From Octopus bimaculoides (Eukaryota), in the NCBI RefSeq assembly GCF_001194135.2, contig NC_068997.1, positions 50,597,264-50,637,941 of the forward strand: 40,678 bases of DNA, written 5' to 3'. The stretch's first letter is position 1; every line of letters starts with the position of its first letter. The position numbers were made by a program, and so were the translations under genes. Of the stretch, positions 33,344 to 40,678 are shown piece by piece. A model generated the notes under the pieces. The model made no database searches. It was not told the DNA's origin and saw nothing but the letters and a program-made list of their open reading frames with translations.

Positions 33344-33528
33344 CAGTTCTATATTTAAGAGATGAGGAATTATGTACATTATTTACATTTGACGGATATT
33401 TGTCCTCATCTTGTTTGTTGTTAACACAGTGTTTCGGCTGGTATACCCTCCAGCCTTCATCAGGTGTCTTGGGGAAATTTCGAACCTGGGTTCTTATTCC
33501 TAAGGTATTTTTCGATGTTATTATTATT
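33344..33528 (-). mobile_element. SINE family C body (head absent)
   Basis: 175 of 185 positions identical to 3125-3309 (manual count). Confidence 0.85.
33423..33468 (-). ncRNA. Minimal type-I hammerhead ribozyme motif, copy 2 (cleavage triplet altered)
   Basis: minus: GACAC-CTGATGA-A-GGCTGG-AGGGTATA-CCAGCC-GAAAC-ACT-GTGTT; core, stem II (6 bp) and stem I (5 bp) intact. Confidence 0.55.
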
Positions 33529-33569
33529 GTGTCTTTTCAAGCATAGCAAACTGGCAGGAGTCTTGGTCC

Positions 33570-33720
33570 CCTGTCAGTTTCTGTCTACCAAATCCACTCC
33601 CGAAGCATTGATCAGCCTGGGGTTATAGGAGAAGACACCTACCCAATGTTACAAAGTAGGATTGAATCCAAAACCATGTTCTTGGGAAGCAAATTTTACC
33701 ACAGGGCCATGCCTGGACCT
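33570..33720 (-). mobile_element. SINE family A, 5' part, diverged
   Basis: tctaccaaatccact...aaaaccatg...ccacagggccatgcctg. Confidence 0.6.
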
Positions 33721-33769
33721 ATTTTATACACACACACACGAGTTAAAACACATATAGTAATAAATAAAT

Positions 33770-34516
33770 GATGGAAAAAAGATGCAGAAGGTCAAGTTGA
33801 AAAACATGTACTAAATGCACAGACAAACTTGGTTACTATGGCAGAGCAGGAAGAAGGAAGCCACATCTTTGACCAGCCAATATAAAGCAGAGAAAATATT
33901 GGGCCAGTGGGATGGTGGAGAGGCCATTAGCATTTTGGGACACTGGCATGAGTTCAGATTTGCTGTATTTCCTGACAGTGGTCGAGTGTGGGTCTGGAGA
34001 CTCTGTGATCAAGAATTTGATGTGAAAAGATTGCAACCAGCAATGAAACACAGCAGCTATTCTGTGATGGTCTGGGGAACAATTTGGAGCAATGGTTTAT
34101 TAGAGCTGGTGGAGTGTGAGAGAAAGATAAACTCAAATATGAGTCCATATTGCAGAAAGGACTCCTTCCAAGTTTTTCCGGTGGTGAAATGATTAAAGAA
34201 GACTTTCTATTTATGGAAGATAGGATTCCTTGTCACGCGGTTAAAATGATCCAAGATTTGTTGGAAAAGAATGGCATTAGAAAGCTTCCATAGCGAAGCC
34301 AGTCACCAGATATGAACCCTAGAGAGCACCTCTGGGGCATAACGGACTGGGCACTTCATAAAAAAAAACAAAGTATCCTCAAAGCCAGATCTTTTGAGAT
34401 TATTGCATAAAACTTGGCAAGAAATTCCGCAAGAGAATATTCAACATCTGATCAGTAACATGCCTAATAGGGTCCTTGCATTGAAAAATGCGAAGAGCAT
34501 GTCTAGTAAAGATTAA
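33770..34516 (+). mobile_element. Decayed Tc1-family transposase
   Basis: SVMVWG, DFLFMEDRIPCH (QDNAPCH-like), SQSPDMNPREHLW (SPDLNPIEHLW-like), W.EIP.E.IQHLISNMPNRV; frameshifts and stops. Confidence 0.88.
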
Positions 34517-34570
34517 ATGTTCACATTATAACAATTAACAAAATGATTATATATATATATATATATATAA

Positions 34571-34850
34571 TGGCACTCCGTTGGTTATGATGTTGAAGGT
34601 TCCGTTGATCTGATCAACGGAAGAGTCTGCTTGTGAAATTAACTTGCAAGTGGCTGAGCTGCCCACAGACACGTGGACCCTTAACATAGTTCTCGGTACA
34701 ACAGAAAGAGTGAGAGAAAGTTGTGGTGGAAGAGTACAGCAGGGTTTGTCACCATCCCCTGCTGGAGCCATGTGGAACTTTAGGTGTTTTCCAGTCTGGG
34801 AATTGAAACCGCGAGTCCACTACCCTAACCACTGGGCCATTGCCCCTCCA
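34571..34850 (-). mobile_element. SINE family E (possible Nin-domain type)
   Basis: shares gagagaaagttgt.gtg.aagagtacagcaggg...tttaggtgtttt...cactggg..attgc.cctccac with 39655-39822; contains gcaagtggctgagc...acacgtggacccttaacatagttctc and a 23-bp palindrome at 34600-34622; Nin assignment from recall. Confidence 0.65.
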
Positions 34851-34968
34851 CACCCACACACACGTGTCCCATCAATCTAAAAACTATCCCAACCTCATTA
34901 ACTATTACCTTATCTTCCATGGCATTTTAATCTCTTACACATCTTTTCCCACCTATTACCCGATGACC

Positions 34969-35817
34969 GAAGAATTCAAGGTGTTGCCTCTTTGATCTTA
35001 TCACCTTTTTTCTGACACACCTGTCTGAAAGGTAAATTTACCTGCTAGTCTTACTATCCAGTTTGTAGTAGCTGGTAGGCATTTATAAATCTTGGCCAAC
35101 CAAACCAGTATGCTTAAGGACAGAAGAGTGTATTTTCAAGAACTGAGTGGGGGAGGGGGGTAGGATTATTATTATTATACTAACTTAGGTAATGTCTGTG
35201 TATATGTATGCATGTGCCTATATATATATCTTCCTATCTATTTATATATCTACCTACCTACCTTTCCAACTATCTATCTGTCCAATCCATCTATATCTAT
35301 CTATCAGTGTGTATGTATATATATATAATATCAAGCCGTCTGTCTGTCTGTTATATCAATCTATCTTAATATATATATTTATATATAAATACTATAATAT
35401 CAAGTTATCTATCAATCAATCAATCAATCTGCATTCACATGTTTTGTAAAATCTGCATATGTATCTATCAGTAGCTATGAGAATGTATTTGTATCTGTGA
35501 TACGTATTTGTATATCAATAAATATAAATATACATGCAACCGTTTCAAAAGTATGCGTGTGTGCTTACGTACACGCACAAATTAGTCATAGATGAAGACA
35601 CTGACTCCACATCACCACCACCACCATGACTAAATTTTTAAAAATACACCACACTGTTCTTAAGCACACCTGTTTGGTTGGCAAAAGCTTTAACCAAGAT
35701 ATAAATGCCTTTCAGCTATTTCAAACTGGATATTAAGACTTGCAGGTAAATTTACCTATCCGACAGGTGTGTCAGAATGATGGTGATAAAATCAAAGTGA
35801 GAACACCTGAATTCTTC
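34969..35817. repeat. Long inverted repeat pair (~135-145 bp arms) around a low-complexity spacer
   Basis: 34969-35104 aligns with the reverse complement of 35672-35817 at roughly 80% by eye. Confidence 0.8.
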
Positions 35818-35907
35818 CCTTTCATTATAAGGGAAGGAAGTGGGCCATAGATGCAGCTCATTAGAAAATTACCTCCTACACTTAATTGTTTTTAATTTTA
35901 ACACAAA

Positions 35908-36360
35908 ACAGGTGTGACTGCATGGTAAGAAGCTGGCTTCTCAACCACATGGCTCCAAGTTCAGTCCTGCCATGTGGCACCTTGAACAACTGTCTACTGC
36001 TCTAGCCTTGGGCTGACCAAAACCTTCTGAGTGGATTTGGAAACTGAAGGAAGCCCATGTATATATGTGTGTATTTATATGCACAGTGGGCTTCTCTCAG
36101 TTTCCGTCTACCAAATGCACTCACATGGCTTTGGTCAGCTCAAGGCTATAATAGAAGACATGTGTCCAAGGTGCCACACCACTGCATGACAACCAGTTTT
36201 GGTGTTTGCATACCTGTAACTTAGCAGTTTGGCAAAAAAGATCAATGGACTAAGTACCAGGTTTAAAGAAATAAATACTGAGTAGATTCTTTCGACTGAA
36301 AAACTCTTCAAGGCGATGCCCCAGCCTGGCCACTGAAACGAGTAAAAGACAAAAGATAAA
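35908..36360 (+). mobile_element. SINE family A with an internally inverted second central block
   Basis: head and centre 35908-36057 (+), centre 36087-36177 (-), tail 36185-36360 (+). Confidence 0.75.
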
Positions 36361-36857
36361 AATATTTTTGAGGGCGGAGAAGTTCGTCAATATCATTGAC
36401 TGGTCTTTAATTTTCGACCTTGGAGGGATGAAAAGCGAACTTTGCCTCAGCGTGATTTGAACTTATTGCATAAAGAGCTGGAAGAAATATGCTCAAACAT
36501 ATTTTGTCGGAAGCTGTAATGATTCTGCTAATCCTTGGTGAGGAGACATTATTCTTACACATCTCGTTACACAAGCTTTTCTGCGACCTCATAGTCTTCC
36601 TTTTCTCTATCATTAATAAAGTTATTATGTAAATAGGGTTTTGTTGGGGAATAAACGTCCCTATCTATCCCACGATATCTCGTTTATCCTTCAGTTTCAC
36701 TCACTAAAGCAGACAAGGTCAACATTTATGCTTTATTGTATCTAATACTACTTATCCTATGCCTTTCTTTTTGTAAAAAAAAAAAAAAATGGCAGAGTTT
36801 AAAATGAAGGAAATCTCACAATATTTAGCAGGTTGAACGACTACATGGAGGCTCCTC

Positions 36858-36871
36858 ATGAAAAAAGCTTT
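36858..36871 (+). CDS. Candidate upstream coding micro-segment (MKKAF) of the PAN-domain gene
   Basis: atgaaaaaagcttt|gtaagt spliced to acceptor ttttcttcag|39423 would be in frame with the ATG at 39469; unverified. Confidence 0.3.
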
Positions 36872-37439
36872 GTAAGTTTTATTTCGGATTCGTTTATTGT
36901 TAACAGTTATCTCCCTTGAAATAGCTCAGTAAATTAATACAAAATCCGCTCTGGCTTTTATAGCTTTCCTACGTCACCAAAACACAGATTAGATATGATT
37001 AAAAAAAAAAGCCAGCTGTGTATCATGCTCAATGTATGTACGCTGTTGATAGGCCAGACACAGTAGATTTTCATCTGGAGATAACATCTTTTATGGATGT
37101 GCTGTGTTAAAAACAATAAATATTGGAGTGAGACGAAAACTCACCCCAGCAGCAACCAGCAAGAATACCAGAAGCATTTTCGCCTTTCATTGACTTATAT
37201 TCATAGCCTATCCCTAGTGTGTATACATTAAGTATGATCCATAGATGGTCATTTTAATTTAACCTCTTCATAAACTTCTTTTCTTTTTTGATTGGAATAG
37301 ACATGTATCTTCTCTACTCTGACACATCTGTTCCTGTCCTTCTGTCATACTTTAACCATTCATCACCTAGCATAAAGCCACCTCATTCAATACTGCACCC
37401 ACCCCTGTTGGTCAGTCTTATCTTCTGAGTACCACATAA

Positions 37440-37640
37440 AAAGCTTCTAGTAGTCTATGTAAAGTCGATGGCATTAGAAAGGGCATGCAACTGTAGAAGC
37501 CGTGCCAAAGCAGATATCGGAACTTGGTACAGTCCTCTAGATTGTTGGCTTTTGTCAAATCATCCAACCCATGCCAGCATGGGAAAATGGATGTTAAATG
37601 ATGCTGCTGCTGATGATGATGATGATGACAACGATATGGG
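37440..37640 (+). mobile_element. RTE-type 3' tail repeat ending in (GAT)n
   Basis: gcattagaaagggcatgc...aacccatgccagcatggg...gttaaatgatg. Confidence 0.7.
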
Positions 37641-38539
37641 CATGTGTATTTGTGGTTGTATATGTGTGTGTGTGTGTGTGAGTTATTAGGCCTCAACAAA
37701 ATAATTGAAGTTGTGGGGGAGACAAAAATAGAGGAGGCGGGGACTTGAGAGATAGAGAGGGGTGAAAGGGGGGAGAAACTCTGGTAGAAGTGTGAAGGAG
37801 GAAAGGTGGGAGGTAGAAACTCGGAGGGAATTGTGAAATCAGAGGAGGAGATGGGGAGAATGTATGATTGATGAGGAAATGAAAAGGAAGGAGGAAAAGA
37901 GGCAGAAGATATGTTGGTGGGGTGAAGGGTGAGGAATAGGGGTCCAAATGATTTATGAGAGATGAAGACATGATAAAGAATGGAAGTGACAAACTGGGAA
38001 AATAGAGAGAAGGAAAAATGGAAGAAGAGATAGAGAGAGAGAGACAGACAGGCAGAGAGAGTGGGAGAGCTTGTGTGGGTGTTTGAAATTTTCAACCAAA
38101 GGTTAAGGAAACAGATAGAAAGACATTATGCAGTGGAGATGCACAAAGAGAAAGGGACAGACAGACAGACAGGTAACACCATTGACAGTATAAAAACAGA
38201 CTGTTATACCGTGAAAGTTTACAATCTCTATGACACCAGTGCAGTTGCATACATGGGTATATATACAATATACACACTTGTATAACTTTATATGCATGTA
38301 ATAACATATATACAAATTTTTTTTATATGTTAGTGTATTATATCGACAGTTTTAGGTACATGATATATACACATATATAAATAAATATATATGTGTATAT
38401 AAACACACACACAAGATTGTCTGAGAAGTGGATCCCAGAGAGATAATTCTAATCAGAAGTGAGCAGAAAATTATAAAAAGGTGATTATAATTTTGAATTT
38501 AATTTTAATTATGTGTACAGTTTTGTTTTTGGACACAAT

Positions 38540-38606
38540 TTTTCATACTTTTGTATGCTTTTATAGCATACTTTTATACACACACAAACATTTGGTGTAT
38601 GTGTGC

Positions 38607-38649
<43 letters not shown>

Positions 38650-38666
38650 CAGACACACACACACAA

Positions 38667-38701
<35 letters not shown>

Positions 38702-38720
38702 CATGTCTATATATATTTGT
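38540..38720. repeat. Compound (GT)n/(TA)n/(CA)n microsatellites
   Basis: direct reading. Confidence 0.9.
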
Positions 38721-39094
38721 CATCATCTCCATTGCAATGCTTTACATGTTAGCCTTCAGTTAAGATATATCATCATGACTGAATTTTTCCTTACCAGTTT
38801 GGCTACAACAGAAGACACTTGCACCAGATGCCATGCATTGAAACGGAACCCAAAACAAAATTCTTAACCACACAGCCATGTCTGTGCCTCATAATTTAAT
38901 CAAAATATGTGGTGCTCATGGTAAAGACAGGGGAAGAGATTTAGTTGAGGAAGTCTTCGACACCTGATCTCCTTCATTGGTTTGAAACATCAGAATTTGT
39001 GAAGATTGTAGTTTAATTTCTGAGACTATGAATTACCAAAGTCATACACTGATATACAACATTACAGCTGTTGTACCATCTTAATAATAACCTT

Positions 39095-39320
39095 AGTAAT
39101 AATGATTTCAAATTTTGGCACAAGGCCAGCAATTTCAAGGGAGATGGGTAAGTCGATTACATCAATCCCAGTATTCAACTGGTACTTAGTTTATTGACCC
39201 CCCAAAGAATGAAAGGCAAAATCGATCCCATTGGCATTTGAACTCAGAACATAAAGACAGATGAAATGTCACAAAGTACTTTACCCAGCATGCTAACGAT
39301 TCTGCCAGCTTTTGCTGCCT
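39095..39320 (-). mobile_element. SINE family B copy
   Basis: ttggcacaaggcc...gtcgattacatc...tgaaaggcaaa...tttgaactcagaac...gctaacgattctgccagct. Confidence 0.8.
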
Positions 39321-39468
39321 TTAGTAATTAAACTAATATTAAAAGATAATATTATGTATCTTATTGTTGATGTTGTTATTGTCGTTTCTGTTTCTGTGAC
39401 TAAAGTTTAATGTTTTCTTCAGTTCCACATTATTGGGTCACAGAAATCTACTCAAGTCATATAACAAC

Positions 39469-39529
39469 ATGAAACCATCTCGGATGATAATTCTGCTGAT
39501 GTTCTATGGTGTAACCAGTGCTTTATCAG
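39469..39529 (+). CDS. Signal-peptide exon MKPSRMIILLMFYGVTSALS(G) of a secreted PAN/Apple-domain protein
   Basis: basic n-region, hydrophobic core, small residues at the predicted cleavage site; donor g|gtgagt, phase 1; acceptor at 39422. Confidence 0.75.
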
Positions 39530-39654
39530 GTGAGTGTATCTGTGTTTGTGTGCTCGCTCATGCATACATGATAATATATATATTTCTATATAATAAAAGC
39601 CGACGTAAATGTTGGTAAGTTGATCTCTTCAGTCACTCTTTATATTATATATAA

Positions 39655-39822
39655 AAAGAGGAGAAAGTTGTAGTGAAAGAGTACAGCAGGGTTCACCACC
39701 ACCTCCTGCCAGAACCTTGTGAAGCTTTAGGTGTTTTCATTCAATAAACACTCACAATGCCTGGTCTGAGAATCGAAACGGTGATCCTATGAATGTGAAT
39801 CCACTGGGCTATTGCACCTCCA
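39655..39822 (-). mobile_element. SINE family E, head-side part
   Basis: colinear with 34710-34850. Confidence 0.65.
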
Positions 39823-39909
39823 CATACATATATAGACATACATTGGCATACTAACATGTTTCATTTTTTACTTAAAGTTTAACTTCAATATATTTCTATA
39901 TACTTTCAG

Positions 39910-40140
39910 GAATTGAACATTTTACACCCCTCGTTTCCTACTCACTTCCTGGCAGCGGCCAACTTGGGGCCTTTTCTCGATACACAATAGACAGGTGTGC
40001 AGAACTTTGTCTCAAAACCAGGCCATGCATTTCCTTTGAGTTTGATCTATTTTATGAAATTTGCTATTTATCCAAGTTCAACAGAAGCAATTACAATTTG
40101 GTTACCAGTAAAACAAGAAATTACTATGAATTAAACACAG
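39910..40140 (+). CDS. PAN/Apple-domain exon: (G)IEHFTPLVSYSLPG...DRCAELCLKTRPCISFEFDLFYEICYLSKFNRSNYNLVTSKTRNYYELNT
   Basis: acceptor tactttcag, donor gtaagt, 231 nt, phase 1-1, no stops; C-x3-C-x5-C-x-SF-x-F...C-x-LS...YYE pattern of PAN modules. Confidence 0.85.
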
Positions 40141-40164
40141 GTAAGTGTAACGGATCAATCACCA

Positions 40165-40318
40165 TGTTCTGAGTTCAAATCCTGCTGAGGTCAACTTTGT
40201 TTTTTATCCTTTCAAGGTTTAATAGATTAACGACTGGCTGAACACCTGGGGGTGATGTAATCCACTAGTTCCCACCCCTAAAATTTCAGATCTTGCGCCT
40301 AGAGTATAAAGGATTATT
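40165..40318 (+). mobile_element. SINE family B copy (sense orientation)
   Basis: gttctgagttcaaatcc...gaggtcaactttg...atcctttc...gcctagagtataaaggattatta. Confidence 0.7.
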
Positions 40319-40322
40319 ACCC

Positions 40323-40678
40323 AAGAGTATGAAGACCGGGAAAGCCCCCGGCCCATCAGGAATCACTGCAGAGATGCTCAAAATATCTGGCAGTGTTGGC
40401 TATAGCCTAGTCACCCGTATTACGAACCAGGTGATACACGAAGGAGTCATACCCTATGACTGGTGTAGCAGCATCATAGTCAACTGCTACAAAGGTAAAG
40501 GGGACGCTTTAGATACAAATAATTACAGAGGCATCAAGCTGTTAGATCAGGTTATGAAAGTTACAGAGAGGGTCATAGCCCAACTAATTAGGGAGCGAAT
40601 CAATTTAGATGAGATGCAGTTTGGGTTCGTGCCAGGTAAACGCACTACTGATGCCTTATTTCTAGTGAGACAGTTGCA
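40323..40678 (+). mobile_element. RTE-clade LINE, 5'-truncated, N-terminal part of the reverse transcriptase region
   Basis: open frame KSMKTGKAPGPSGITAEMLK...IPYDWCSSIIVNCYKGKGDALDTNNYRGIKLLDQVMKVTERVI...QFGFVPGKRTTDALF; KAPG, KGKGD..NYRGI.LL and QFGF..G..T.DA motifs. Confidence 0.93.

Noticed and set aside
33815-34192. 125-aa ORF as a host gene
   Set aside because: One frame of a frameshifted Tc1 transposase remnant.
37418-38095. 225-aa minus-strand Ser/Pro/Phe-rich ORF
   Set aside because: Reverse complement of a purine-rich low-complexity tract plus an RTE tail; no splice or domain support.

Overview
AT-rich, repeat-dense animal genomic DNA from a gapped short-read scaffold (N-runs at 5849-5917, 10320-10474, 12227-12654, 24213-24591, 31481-31581). 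The SINE/RTE and microsatellite landscape suggests an octopod cephalopod (inference). Three host genes can be built by hand. (1) A minus-strand alpha/beta-hydrolase of the ICME-like/HSL-type esterase group, with six coding exons (20164 to 12655) whose splice phases all match; it runs into an assembly gap. (2) A plus-strand MRPL28 with an uninterrupted CDS (29555-30340), divergent from gene 1. (3) The start of a plus-strand secreted protein with a signal-peptide exon and a phase 1-1 PAN/Apple exon (39469-40140), continuing beyond the window. The rest is at least five tRNA-derived SINE families, RTE and CR1-like LINE fragments, decayed Tc1/mariner remnants, MITEs, a Helentron-like element and simple repeats. 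The most unusual signals are a tRNA-headed SINE carrying a minimal type-I hammerhead ribozyme motif (two copies with complementary lesions), a 56-bp near-perfect hairpin 25 nt into an esterase intron, and an esterase with a deviant oxyanion motif and a ~105-aa acidic insertion. Repeat boundaries were read by eye and are approximate; family labels A-E are my own.
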